This document shows positions 1 to 13,515 of a DNA stretch of 64,000 bases, one piece after another. The notes beneath the pieces are model-generated. The model was not told the DNA's origin, searched no databases, and worked only from the letters and a program-made list of their open reading frames with translations. The DNA comes from Glycera tridactyla (lineage: Eukaryota). The stretch spans positions 83,886,001-83,950,000 of the forward strand of contig OZ286459.1 in NCBI GenBank assembly GCA_965644265.1, read 5' to 3'. How positions within the stretch are numbered: position 1 is the stretch's first letter; each line of letters begins with the position of its first letter. The position numbers and the translations under genes are program-made.

Positions 1-1215
1 CATGCAAAAATTGCTAGGATACTCGTCGAAGCTGGAAGTAATGTTAATGCAGGGAAGGTTTGGCGAGATGAAAGTGGGGTAACAGCTTTACATCTGGCAA
101 GCGAAGCTGGACATAAAGACGTTGTGGCTCAGTTAATTGAATTAGGGGCTGATATAAATGCTAGGAAAAGCAACGGTTGGACAGCTCTGCATTGGGTCTC
201 ACAGAATCATTTTCCAGATATTGTACACCTGCTCCTCGAGAAGAAATGCAAAGTTAATGTCCCAGCTGCTTTTGATGAGCACACCAACTGTTACCCTATT
301 CATCAAGCAGCTCAACACGGTCACCTCGACATCGTAGAGATGTTACTCAATGCCGGAAGTGATGTCAATGCCACTAAATCACAAGGTCCCAACTCGGGAA
401 TCACACCTTTGCATCTTGCGTCAGCTCTAGGACATGGTGATACTGTGCGCCGACTCATCAACGCAGGGGCCAATGTAGAAATGCCAACGCAAAATGGATT
501 CACGGCATTACATTTCGCCTCGCAAAATGGTCATCTCAATGTTGTGCGGACGTTGCTTGCAAGCAAGTGTAGTGTTTTGAAAGGAGCGTCGGCAGATGGC
601 AGTAATGGTATCGTGGCCCTCCACCAGGCGGCGCAGAGTGGTCATGTTCCCGTTCTGAAGTTTCTCGTCACCGCTGGTACTCCGGTTGACACAGGCAAAT
701 CTCACAAGGGGCGTTCAGAGATCACCGCTCTACATTTAGCTGCAGAGAATGGCCAAAGCAAAGGCGTACAATGTTTATTAGAAATGGGAGCTTCAGTCAA
801 CGCACAAGACAGCGTCGGTTTTACGGCACTCCATCTTGCGACAAAATCGGGACATTTAGACACCGCGGAGTTACTACTTCTTTGGAACGCTGATTTGAGT
901 CTCACTGTTGATTTTATAGACGCGAAGAATGTCCAACCGATCCACCTGGCTGCTCAATATGGTCATCGGAAAATCGTACAACGTTTGATTGACGCCGGCG
1001 TCGATTTAACAGCGACACAAGACTTTCACGACACACGACACCTCACAGCACTCCATCTAGCGGCAGCGGAAGGTTACATCCATGTCGTAAGATTACTCCT
1101 AAAGTCTGGTTGTGACCCGCGGGTGACAACAAGCGGCGGCCAGACACCGCTTGATATAGCCCGTATGAACGGCTTCAAAGACATCGTGAAGTGCCTCAAG
1201 GCCAAAATGAAATGA
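1..1215 (+). CDS. Ankyrin-repeat protein, C-terminal part (5' end lies outside the window)
   Basis: Frame is open from base 1 (HAKIARILVEAGSNVNAG...) to TGA at 1213-1215. It contains about 11.5 ankyrin repeats with TALH/TPLH..A..GH..VV..LL..GA.VN motifs, with no stop or intron in over 1.2 kb. Confidence 0.93.
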   Translation, partial: HAKIARILVEAGSNVNAGKVWRDESGVTALHLASEAGHKDVVAQLIELGADINARKSNGWTALHWVSQNHFPDIVHLLLEKKCKVNVPAAFDEHTNCYPIHQAAQHGHLDIVEMLLNAGSDVNATKSQGPNSGITPLHLASALGHGDTVRRLINAGANVEMPTQNGFTALHFASQNGHLNVVRTLLASKCSVLKGASADGSNGIVALHQAAQSGHVPVLKFLVTAGTPVDTGKSHKGRSEITALHLAAENGQSKGVQCLLEMGASVNAQDSVGFTALHLATKSGHLDTAELLLLWNADLSLTVDFIDAKNVQPIHLAAQYGHRKIVQRLIDAGVDLTATQDFHDTRHLTALHLAAAEGYIHVVRLLLKSGCDPRVTTSGGQTPLDIARMNGFKDIVKCLKAKMK

Positions 1216-1423
1216 AGCATCAGGAAAGCTTTATTTTGCTTCACCTCACTGTGAGAATAATTCTTGTAGATAACACTAGATGGTGCTATGGTTGAGGCGC
1301 AGTTCGTATGACAACGGTCGCTGGGACAAGTATCGTCGGCTCACTAAAGTCTGTCAAGTACAAACTTTCGGAGGATTCGTGACTTGCTATCTTAGCATAG
1401 TCATCAATTCATCACTCATATGG

Positions 1424-1429
1424 AATAAA
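1424..1429 (+). promoter_or_regulatory. Candidate polyadenylation signal for the ankyrin gene
   Basis: AATAAA about 210 nt after the stop codon; positional argument only. Confidence 0.2.
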
Positions 1430-3110
1430 CTTCATGATATCCGTATCCAACAAGATGTGTCACCTATCTCAGAAGTTGATTATCATTCACAAATGGCAGC
1501 CGATGAATCGGCGGATTCATCATATAAATTGGATGAAATCAAGGTGAATCCTTTTCAAAAAAATATAGACTACCTAATATCAGGCTAGATCGTCGAAAGT
1601 ACTGTACAAGTCGATCGTGTCATTGGAGTTTTAATCAGATGTAAATGATAATTTGAGAGACTGAAGCATTCTCCTCACATTCGGATTCGACAGACTTCGA
1701 TCAGGCTAAGGTTAAGCTTCTATTTACCATACTTGCTGAGATTAAGCGAATCCGGTGGATGAAACATAGGTCAGGTACACACATTGATAGACTGCATCTG
1801 AATGACTTTTGTTGTTGCCCTTGACATCGAAAATTGTATTGTCATTTTCAAAATCATGAGAAAAATTATGAGATGTTGAGCATTTTTTGCATTCGAACAG
1901 AGCATGGTGGAGGTGTATCTTAACTGTCAGTTAGCACCATTGAACAAGCTGTCTGGTTTGCCATCATTCTGTCTCGACGGTCTACTCGAGTGATGCCTGC
2001 AAGGGGCAGAACATGCAATAAAACGGTGTGTTGAAGCATTTGGGTTGATACATGCCATCAAACTTTACCAACCAATCAATCGATCAATACATCAATCCAA
2101 TGTTATATGTTTGTTGATGAGATATCAGAAATTCTTCTCTCGGTGAAATCTCTATCATGTTAAGTTCGTGCGAAGCAATAATTGCCACTGGCGACGGACT
2201 ATAACCTGACCATCCCCAGAGAAGTAAGATGCACCACTTTGATTCGCGTTCTTATGTGAAGCTATGTCGGAATAAATTCTCACTCATTTGATTGATGTAT
2301 GATAAAACGCATGGTTGTGATCATCAGTTAGGTATGATGCATTTCAATGAGACTTATGGGATATATTGTGATCGGACTTTCTACCCTTTGCAGGAATGGA
2401 CACACATATATTCTTATTTGATTTCACATTCGGGGCGGGGGGCTGTATAACAATTCTAACAGTTGTTGTTCACCATCTGAACTTGATGTTAGTATCATCG
2501 CATCTATGTATATGTCGAATGGGGAGAATGATGGTTGACAACCACAATCAGCTTGGTTCTCGTGCAGGGCGTGAGTTGTGTAAGGGTGGCCTGCAGGGTT
2601 TTCACTACATCAAATTGAGTTTACTGGAAAGTGTGAAATAAGTATACTGCAAGCATAAGGCACCCATCAATTGTCTACATAGTTTCATATGACACCGTTA
2701 GGTTCACCGGTTTCGTTTGTAATGTGTAGCACTGTGTCCAGCTGAGAAGGGATGAAGCCTTTGAAGAGCACGTTGTGATTGCAGTTGGACCGAGATGGCA
2801 CCGTCATCATGGGCTTAGATGCCCATCAACGATTCACGAGATATTTCTTGACTAGGCACGTGCATGAGAGAGAGAGTTGGTTAATCTTATCTAATCTTCG
2901 ACCCAACTCAGGTATTCCCCATATTCGATTCCTTGTCATCAAGGCCGATGGTTATCTCTGTTGTGAAGAAGGATTTGGCATTGGAATTTAAGAAAAAACA
3001 GTCCCTGTGATACTCCTATAATCTGCGTGATGGCATGTGATATGTACATTCTATAATGTGTTCAGTTAAACAGGAATGTGTACATGCATACACATACACC
3101 CACCCCACTC

Positions 3111-3236
3111 ATCTCTCTCCCTCTCTCTTTCTCTCCCTCTCTCTCTTTCTCACTCTCTTTCTTTCTCGCTTTCTTTCTTTATCTATATATATCTCTCTCG
3201 CTCTCGCAGTCGCTCTCCACCTCTCTATATATATAT
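3111..3236. repeat. Compound (CT)n/(TA)n microsatellite
   Basis: Directly visible CT-rich run ending in TA repeats. Confidence 0.9.
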
Positions 3237-4847
3237 GCCGGGGAAAACCGATCGCGTGAATCATCGTACACCATGCGAATCTATGCGATGGAAAAAGTGA
3301 TATATTCGATATTCATCTGCTACATCTGATGAGATATTTCACGAATTTATGTGATAGCAAAAGTGATACAATCAATATTTATTGATTCATTGAACATTCT
3401 CGCAGAGATGGAAGAACCAGTTCTGCTGGGAGTTGTGGGGAAATGAAAACAATGAATTGATCTACATGATAGGTCCAGTGATTACGATATTCGTAATCAA
3501 GCTGATTTCATGTATAGTGTACATAGGTTCATATATACAGACGTTGTAGTAGAAGTGACTTATTTTCGTGCCAAGTCATTATTTTACCGGCTTCGTTCAA
3601 TATGATGTTTAACATTGAGACCCCGAATTTCTATTGAGGCTAACTGGCATCTTGTATCTCATCCAATTCAATCGAGGATTGAGTATACTGTGAAGTCTGT
3701 CTTAAAAAGCCATGATCCATGATGAATTGGTCTGTGTAGAGGTAGTATATAATACAAGCCAATACCTGGAGAAATGGTTTCTGAGCAAGGTCTCATCGCT
3801 CTTTGGTGTATTCTGTAGAGTACACGCAAAAAAGCGGTCCTACCCGCCTTGATGATTTGAGGGAAGACATGCAGAAATCAGGCATGCCAGTGGTCTTCTC
3901 CAATGTTTCAACATACTTGAAAGTCTCAATATGTTTAGTGAAAGAATTAATTCCACATTCTGGAACGTGTCAATGAATAGAGCTTCCGGCTCATATGTAC
4001 ATATATTTTTGACAATAAAATGATAAGATGTTCTATAGATTGTTCTATCGTGAATCATCAACGTTGATTACCAGGAATGCTATGAGACCTTGATGACTGC
4101 AACTTCTGAAGGCGTCTCTTCGTAGAATGGATAATAATGAAGAGTGAAGCCTGAGGTATCCATTCCAAAGCGCTTTTTTTCCCGAAGTCAATAAAATGTG
4201 AGTATAGTGATCCATCGCGGACTTGTCAAATCAGTTATCTGAAGATTGATTCGGTTTGAGTGAGAAATCTACTCTCTTCCAATGTAATCCTACGGTGCCC
4301 TAAACACTAAACGATAGGAAAAGCAAACATAGCACCATACAAATATCAATATGTACAAATATACGTGTGATGAGGATAAGAAAAAAATGAGTGGGAAGAT
4401 GGATGGAACATTTATCAACCATGGAAGTTGCTGCTCATACTGAAATCGCTTCATGTGGTTGTAGAAGTGTATGCTTTTATCTCTATGTCTCTGTCGCATC
4501 TCACCTGCGTGGCTATGTTCATCTGTTCTGGAAGTGATTTTGCTTGCTGTAGTCACAGTTATTGACAGGTCTATCCAAGCTCAACCCGTTCGGGCCTCAC
4601 TAAACAATGTACAGAAAACTCCCTCGCTGCACCTCAGCTGCCACCAGTGCTTGTCAAGTACCATTCACGCCTGAGTGACGTTGAGTAGAGGAGTAGAGAG
4701 GTGTCATTCAGTGTGCTATGCTGATTCCCATACTCAGGGTAGCGTCGCTCGTGACCTGTGGATTCGTCAATTTGACTCCGATTCAGAATCAGCGACACCC
4801 GATCATTTCAATAATAGGAAATTCAAACTCCTTTTCTTTTAACACTG

Positions 4848-4887
4848 CAGTCGAACCTCCTCTGAAGACCACCTCTCTATAAAGACC
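4848..4887 (-). mobile_element. Terminal fragment of MITE family A
   Basis: CAGTCGAACCTCCTCTGAAGACCACCTCTCTATAAAGACC closely matches the reverse complement of the 3' end of the 16842-17001 element. Confidence 0.65.
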
Positions 4888-5732
4888 AGACATGTACCAT
4901 AGCACAGATCAAAATCGATATGAACTTTTCAAATAGGAGGCACATCTATGTGGGGATAGGTGAGTGAAAATTGTATTTAACTCAAGTGGGAAAGGTATAA
5001 TTTGCTATAGGCAGTGATGGTGATCGTTGAGTGATCAGACCATGCAGTTGTCGGTTGTATACGTCTCACAGGATTGGACAGGCTCGAGATGAAAAATGCC
5101 TGCTACGGAATGTGAATGTGGATACGCATTAGGGTTACAAGGCTATTAACAATGACTTGCTGACATCTGTCCTGGTCTGAGGATGCAATCTGCGATATTA
5201 GTCAACTAAATACTTCGCTCTTGCGAAATCACAATATCACTTGAGGGTGCATTTCACTGCTGTCGAATTCTACGAAAAGCAAGAAAAAAGTGGTCGTTAA
5301 TCGATATTTGAATTGGATTGCACTTGGCTCGAAATCAGGTATGGCATCAGCGCTGGTGTCATCTATCATTGAAAAAAAAAGCCTCTAAATAATTCATCCT
5401 ATCTGGTGCGATGATAACACCAGCCCAAGACTGCAATTGGGGTGGTTGAAAATGGACATGCGAACTGATGTGCAGGTCTACACCGCGCTACAATCACCAG
5501 TGGTATTATGGACAACTTCTAGTTATCACATTCGACGCTAGGGTTCTTGGCGAGATGAGATCGCTGTTACCAGGTTAGAAACCAACATTATTTCTCAGAT
5601 CATTCCATGTTCAATTTATTCGGAAAATCAGAGATTCAGACATTTTGTCGGCCCTACCATCTAATTTCAATTATTGTAGCAATGGGAAGAAAGACATTTT
5701 GAAGAAAAGGGGTCATCATATTGGATTTTTAG

Positions 5733-6115
5733 ATATATGCAGATTCGTATCATGGAACATGCAGGTGTACACTTGACCACATCACCACCGAGAAGACCTC
5801 CCACCGGCTAGCTGTCCTGAAATTGCATTACACTACTCTGAATTTATCAAACTTCACACATCAATTGCAGGTGAGTGTCCCCTTGATTCTACCTAGTTTC
5901 AGGCAGATAACCCACTCAAATAGGCGATCCAATCTGTTATCTCCTTTGTTTTTCTCAGACTACTTGATGCCCCTGATATCAAATTGGCAGGTTCAATGAT
6001 CTATACATTCTGAGACTAGGAAACAGCAATGATATTTCGCAGTCATGGTCCGCTCATCAGCGAGGCCCTTGGGCCCAAACGGTTGGAAGCAAAACGTTCA
6101 TAATGAAAGTGACAG
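5733..6115 (+). pseudogene. Possible decayed exon-intron-exon relic (88-nt GT-AG intron at 5871-5958)
   Basis: Consensus donor CAG|GTGAGT at 5870/5871, polypyrimidine acceptor TCTCCTTTGTTTTTCTCAG ending 5958, and a further donor CAG|GTATCA at 6115. The second exon has stops in all three frames; one frame reads ...GRFNDLYILRL...W...TVGSKTFI (weakly Kelch-like). Confidence 0.25.
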
Positions 6116-8589
6116 GTATCAATTATGTATGCATGTCTCAGCGTATGGGTGAGAGACAGGGAGGATAGGGTTGAGAAACAGGTCACCTCAGAGGAGCCAT
6201 TTTGTCGCTGATAAATGAGATAGGGTTACAACAGTATCGGGGTTGGGGAAGGAGATGCGAAACTGGATGCTGCTAAATCTACATTTGTGGCTTCTGCAGC
6301 AAACATTATTGGCATTATCACGACTGCGAGTTGTTTGGTCTTTCCACAAACAATTTTTTTGCATGGGACCAAGAGAGTGACAGATCGTTTTAAAAGAGTG
6401 ATGGTAAGGGAAATCTGAAGCATCAAATCGCACTGCATGGTCGCAAAGGAAGTCCAATAAAATTTGGACGAGGGCGACTGCATCCAGTTTGTGCTTAATC
6501 ATTTGGATTCCAGGCTCTAAATTCACTTGTCATTCATAGGCATTATGCGTAGAGAGCTCCCATTCTTGAAACATTTGATCATTCATGGCACACCACCTAT
6601 GACCATATGCCAACATTATTGTGCAGCAATATGACACTATGTGGCAGTCCAGTCACTACACTTGGCGTTCCTATAATGGAATGCTTTTTTCTTGTCCTCG
6701 TATTAATGAAAACCACAAATGCGTCCACCCACATATGGAAATAAACCTAGCGATGCCAACCTAGGGTATTTTTCCAACTTTGGAAGTCAGAAGTACAAGA
6801 TGTTATTTGCGCCATCTTGAGCCAAGGGAGTAATGGTTCAATGAGTGGATTTCAGTGCATATATCTGGAAATGGTCATCCAATACTCGAAATAATGATCA
6901 CATATTGAAAGCATATAGCAAGATCACCACTTAATTGGCGCCACTTTTTCACCCTCCCGTGCGTAGCACTCACATGTTGATCACGTACATCACTATCGTT
7001 GCCCGAGGTGTCAATACCGTTGGTGATGAACAATATGACGAACAAGTTTTGTCTACCTATTACCTCAGAATAAGGGTGTTCACTGGTACTGCGAATCAAT
7101 GAACCAGTCATACCGCCCTACCAATAATTCAGACTGTTCTAATGTTGAGATGTACACTTCTGCTGACTATGCGTGTATATCAATATGACGTGATTTAGAA
7201 GGGTGCTGGACACTTGAATGCGACTTCGCTGTCATCTATCGTCAACAGAAATAAGTATCAGTGTTGCCATGTACTAGATGGCGGCGGTGGTTACTGCAAA
7301 CGTCACTGTCACCTACCGTCAATAGAGAGAAGCGGTGATGTCATGTACAAGATGGCAGTGTTAAAGACATGTCAAGTCTCTGGCGGTGAAGGCAGGAAGG
7401 CGCAGCTGGACATGATATAGCAGCGTGAGAATTTGGAAGATAACCCAGGTATTATCGATCTACCGAAACCCTACCGAATATTTAGTTTGATGCCTATGAT
7501 GCAGCATGCTGCCCAATAGATGGTGGCAGCTTTCGAAGGAGCTACAAGATGTCAACGAAACAACCGATTGTGAGAGATTGGGATGATGATAGCAGATAGC
7601 CGATTCGTGAAGGAGGGTGGTTGATTGATGATGAACGCTAATTGGTTTGGTCAAGCATTGATGTGCATCGCCTGATACGCAATATAGGGTAACCATGATC
7701 ATCATCCACAAAATAATCTTCTAAAGCTCAATCAAGCCGGGCAGTAAAATTTGACTTCTGAGGCAATATCGAATTCTACTCAAGCATCAAACATGAGGAA
7801 TTCCTGCATAGTGATGGTGTCTCCATTCCCAAAGGAGAATGACAAAATATTTCCACCCTGATAGTACTAGCTACATACTGAAATATGCAATATCATTGGA
7901 GATTTGTGGAACATTATGGCCACAATATTGTGTTCGACAAGGAGACAAAGATAGTGGATCAATGCCGATCACAACCGACCACTTAATCCTAAATGTGGAA
8001 CAGTATACTAAATATTCAGTGCAATGCACAATGCTACTGAGATGGCCAGTTCGGATAGGCAAATTTATGGAGATGCGTATCGTGTAATATAGAATACACG
8101 GGTGGAACAATAATTTTTTATTCAAAACCGAAACTGCCTCTTGAGAGCAATACCAACCGGGTGGAGGTACCAAACCGTGGTGGTTGCATCTGAGTTGCAT
8201 ACAGAAGCAAGATATTGTCCATCGACAGAACTTTTTCGTGACGTGAAATCGCAATCCAATAGGAGCTGGGTGGGACACTAGACCATTTTGGTGTGAATGA
8301 CCTCTGGATTTCTTCAGACATGTCTTGCTTTTATCCTACAATATGTTTGATGATGTGCTTGCTTGCAAGGGAAGAATTTATTTCTTAACATTGACATATA
8401 TTATGACATATATTTCTGAATATTGACATATATTTTAAGTGTCCCATATCAACGCATATCATATATCCGAATTTTGCCGCTGTATTTCGACTTATTACGC
8501 ACCCATGATCGCAATAATGAGATACCATGATGATTGTAGTGAAATTGACTCTATTCAATTCTCTTGTCTCAACAATAGGCATGATTCGT

Positions 8590-8795
8590 CATATGTTGAT
8601 CGCATGATGAAGCAATATCTGTACATTGCAGTGCATTGCGATGTAATACCATCAGAAATTGCACGAACTACAATGGAATACAACACATCAAATCATATCA
8701 CAAATACATGCCACAACACATCTTCATGTGCCATATCATACAATACTCTACCATTCCATGCCATAATACACCATCCACTACAATATACACTGAAT
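8590..8795. repeat. Degenerate (CAATA/CATA)-type low-complexity tract
   Basis: Strong C/A strand bias with recurring caatac/catatc/aatac words. Confidence 0.55.
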
Positions 8796-11700
8796 TGAAA
8801 CCACTCATAACTCTTATTGATGCTTGTCAATAATACATTTCACTAATTTATCACAGAAAAAATAAATCCGCCAGGCCACATTTGATATAATGGATGCGTG
8901 GAGAAAGAGGAGAAGCGTAAATGACAGTGAAAGTGGGTGGCGTCGTGGTTGTGAGATAAATGGCAAAGGCAGTGTCTGACTGAAGCCTCCACCCGAAGTT
9001 CTGGCATGGCGATGGTGAAGCCCATCAGGCTAGTGCGTGGCTGGTGACACCAGAGACCCTTCTCCGCTGCCATATATCTGGCAAATGGCGTCAGAAATAC
9101 ACTCCTGTGACTCGCCGACCACCTAGTGCATATTTACCTTGCGGCAGCCCGACGTCCACCTGGGTATTAGAATTGCATTTAATCATCATCTAAGCACACA
9201 CACTCTATATATCAGGGGCTGTCAGGCGGATACATTAGCGCCACCTCCACCACTAATGGTACCCTACCGATAAGAGTTTTTTTCATGGCTTACGATGAGC
9301 CCATCATTATTGTGGAGGACATGCCAGACACCGGCAGGTCATGACGTTTGGTAGTTTGGATGGGTAGGGTCGTAGTGAGTGAAAGCCATCCCTCCCTACT
9401 TCTACCTCAACCTCCCATATTCATATGCTGACTATGCCACCATACTCACGGCAGCGCCCTCTGAGGAGATAACACGCAGAAATCTTGAAATCAATCAGCA
9501 ATCAGTCGATCTGCATCCAAAATGAAGGACACTGCCGGTGGATGGTAGATCTGTCATATGCTGGGTTGCATTTTTCGGAAATAAAGTAGAAATCACAGTG
9601 GTCGTCTAGTTTCCGGAGCAAGAAATATGTGGAAGGTAGTCCATTTCCCATCACAAGAAATCACATATATGCAGTCATTTGACCAAGCATTCGAGGCAGA
9701 CATGGTGATACATTCATTCTTCTTCAAATATGATCCTTGCCGGTTACGGGTCCTGAACTGTATGGTCTTTCAGATCGTGTGAACAAAGTATTGAAAAATG
9801 ACTGCAGGCATGCAGAGATTGGAAAGTGTTGAAAAATCAGGAGCATTTGACAGGGATCCGAAAGTTAGGGTCTAACTGGGGTCCAACTGGTCCGATCCTT
9901 TGCGTCAATTGAAGATGAGTTGAAGATGATTTTGTCACAACTTGAAAATATAGGCCTGCTAAATGATACAAGATAATGTCTTCATGGTTGAAGAGACGGG
10001 TTCTGGACATTCCTATTGCAACCGATTTACATTCATTCGCTATGCATTGATATATTGTAATGTGTAGTATGGTGGCGCTATTTGAAAGAGGTCTTTGAAT
10101 TATTCAATTCATTGATTCTTTACTATGGAAGCAATCAATTACATGGGCATATATATGGCTGTCTTATACATTGGAATCTAATATGTCTATCTGTGCTTCA
10201 TGGGAGGGAGATATGTCCGCTATAGATCCCCTCAAAAAAGTTTTGAATCCTGCAAACCCCGCAAACACCACCACCTGAATTTACACCGAAGTCTGAAATA
10301 TTGTAGATGTCTGTCCTCCGACCACGTCAGAGTTTTTCACTGGAACCCTGCTACGCACTTGAGAGATAAGAGAAAAGTTGAAAAACAAAACAGAATGACT
10401 TTCACAAGGATAGAAACTTTTCGATGAACTGTCGGTCCTTCGATGTTGTATTTTTCTCAGGAGAATGTTGCATCCTAACTCCTAATTTTGATCCAGATAC
10501 TCTGACGAACAACTTCACCTTATAGCGACCATAGGATCATACAAGCATGAGTGAAATTCGTAGTCATATTGACTCATACAACATCAAGATAAATTATGTC
10601 TATATGCAGAAAATCCCAAAGGACTGAATCCTGCTAGTCCTATACCCTGGCCTTAAGATTCAGGCAGATAGCATCGTAATCGAGTAAGTCATCTACGGAA
10701 AATCAACTTCGGTATGTATTCATGTGGAAAGTGGCCTCTGACTGTCCTGGGAGTTGACGCCAATGTTCTCCTGGTAACGCCTCATTCGCGGGTATTATTC
10801 ATAGAAAGGCAGTGGCAGCGACAGCTTTATGAGTAATATAAACAGGATGAGTAGCCTCAGGAGAGGTAAAGGCGAGCTCTAGAATGCTGGCAATCAATTT
10901 GAGACTGGCAATCATATTATGCATCCAGTCTATGTGCAGAGCTGTGGGACTCCTTTCACTATCATTTTGTAAAACTCCCGAGTATGAACGGGTATCTCAG
11001 ATGCTCTTTTTATGACCAGCCACATACAAACAGGGGTATTATGCGCCAACCTGCAATATCCCATGACAACCTCGAAAGGCGCGACCAGCCTTTCCGGTAT
11101 TTGTTCTTCCGTGAAATAGTGTTAAGATGTGTTTATCTTATTGTATAAGGTTGATACGGTGGAGACGCCCGAACATGAGATGGCGAAGTCTATTACATAA
11201 GGGTGATAATGTTACATCACATATCACTGATCAGCACCATTTCTCAGGGGCGGTCAGAATCATTGCTGGCTACCTTCATTCGAGGTTATGTGTACTGCTA
11301 TATTCGTTTTCTATTCAAGTGTAGGGATTTTCAAAGCGGGAAGCCTTTTGCTCTAAAACCCCCTTTTCAGATGTTTGATTGTTTAAGGTTTAACGGCATG
11401 TATCAACCCACAGGATTATGTGTGCCATGTGTTCCGGGATGATGAAATCTAGATGTTCTCTCCCTCACAGACACCACTCTCACAAACCATGAAAACAAGA
11501 TGAACCTGAAACGTTTTCAAGTGAAAGTAAAAGGGCATATGTTATAATTCGATACAAGAATATAACTCGAGGTTACCAAACTGTCAAGTAGGCTACAATC
11601 AAGGGATCGACCTGGGAATTTGAGCTTCTCATGCGGAGAGTGGATCATCCAGGCCGGGTAGAGAGAGAGGAGGCATCAGTCTGGGGGCAGCAGCAGCAGT

Positions 11701-12399
11701 TGGTGTTGTTTACCGATAAGCTGGCATGATGTGACAGGAGATAGATAGCATCCACGTGAGGTGAACACTAGCCTCACTGATGTCACTGATAACGACGCCC
11801 TCATATCGCCATCAATTCAACATTTATCGCTTGCCGCCTTCTCCATCCATAAACTTTGTCTGTGAGCCTCTTCGCTATCTCTCAATATCTATTGATAGCT
11901 TTTATGGTATTCCCATCTTTTTATCAGATCTCATTCTGACTTGAGCATTAAATGAAGGAAGGCAGTTGAGCATATCACTGCCGAAACTTATTTATCATAA
12001 CACTGCCAAAATTGACAATCGTGTACAACTAGATTTTCACTTCTGTGATCCACCATAATCACCTGCGTCACTTCTCATGCATGCAGCGGCTTCGGAAATA
12101 GAAATCACTTTCCGAATCACCCACTTTCACCTTCATCCATTCAAGAATGTATAAGTGTACCAACTCATTTGTATTATTTCGAAATGAGCACTGCATTGCA
12201 CTCGACTAGCAATGTAGAGGTCCATTGGATTTGGTTCGTTTGTTTGTTTATTTATATGTTGTCATCGGGTGATTGATTGCATCGTCCTAAGCTGGGGAGG
12301 TCCGGATCTCCCTGATGTCGAATTTAACTTTTGGATGGGACATCTGAAACTGGTAGGTACAAACATATACGTGTGGATGAATATTTAGATTCTTCTCTC

Positions 12400-12800
12400 C
12401 TGAGCTTGGATTCGTATTTGATATGAGTATGTAGAGGTGGGGAGATATTTTTGGGTGGTAAGTTGAAATTCTGTATGCAATGGATAATTTCAGTGTTAGT
12501 TTCATGAAACAAATTCTACAGATTGAATAACCCTTTTGAGACATTCACCACAACTTAGATAAGCGATCCAGGTAGATGACACAACACCCTTTTTCTGCAT
12601 GTATATTCATACCTCGCTTGTGGTTACCTGGTGCGTCTTTGATACAAATTGCAAACAGTAGTGGGTCTGGTATTGACCCCCGTGGGATGTCGTACGTGAC
12701 TGTTGTCACGTCTGACCCCGGACTTCTCACTTGCTGGTAGTTATACAAGTAGTATTGATCAACATATGGTCGTTACTTTGCCTCCATTTAGACAACTTGA
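12400..12800 (-). mobile_element. Degraded LINE (CR1/L2-like) reverse transcriptase fragment
   Basis: Minus-strand translation YLYNYQQV...VTYDIPRGSIPDPLLFAICIKD...NIHAE parallels the LINE RT motif SYL.NR.Q.V...V..GVPQGSILGPLLF.IYIND...YADD. A downstream ETNTEII resembles N..KTE.I. Confidence 0.6.
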
Positions 12801-12959
12801 TGTCATTCCACTGGTGATTATGAGTTTTTAAGTCTTCATTTCTCTATAGGTCGGATCAAACGTTCTACTCTATCATTGACGTAACTATTCAAGATGATGT
12901 AATCATTCATCGTAAATGAGGGCGATACCGGAAATTCATGCACTAAGATAGGTCGACGG

Positions 12960-13310
12960 ATGCAATAGACAGAATACAACGTAAAGCAATGCCATGCGAC
13001 AAAATTCAACACAGTACGATACACGGGATAACAAAACAATACAATATGATACAGTGGTCACAACAAGCATTTTACCCATCGCGGAGAGTGGTTGCATTGC
13101 AATTGATCGGAGCCCAAACTGGTCAAACAGCTATGATCAATATGATGAAATACGATACGATGCAATATACATAGCAGAATAGAATACATTACAGAATCAT
13201 AATACACGACACATAAGTATGACAATTCATCGACGTTTTACGTATGTTAAGTTCTGGCATGAAGCTGGGATGTTAATTTTCATGAATGCAATACGATACG
13301 ACGTGACAAA
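12960..13310. repeat. Degenerate (AATAC/GATAC)n low-complexity tract
   Basis: Recurring aatacaat/tacgatac/atacag words. Confidence 0.6.
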
Positions 13311-13515
13311 GGAATATGTTACTTGAAATCAAACTGAAATAGTGATTGGCAAGGTTGAGCCGACGATGTGGGTAACAAGTCGTTCGGATTATCGGCAATA
13401 TCCATGCTGGTTTCCACAATCAGCATCATATTCAACTAACGAGTATATGCCGATCTCGGACTCCATTAGCCTGCCTGACTTAATTGACCAATATAAATCC
13501 ACCGATCTACGTGTT

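Noticed and set aside
3820-3990. Exon-like reading YTQKSGPTRLDDLREDMQKSGMPVVFSNV after a TTCTGTAG acceptor
   Set aside because: No convincing donor, no recognisable family and no partner exon.
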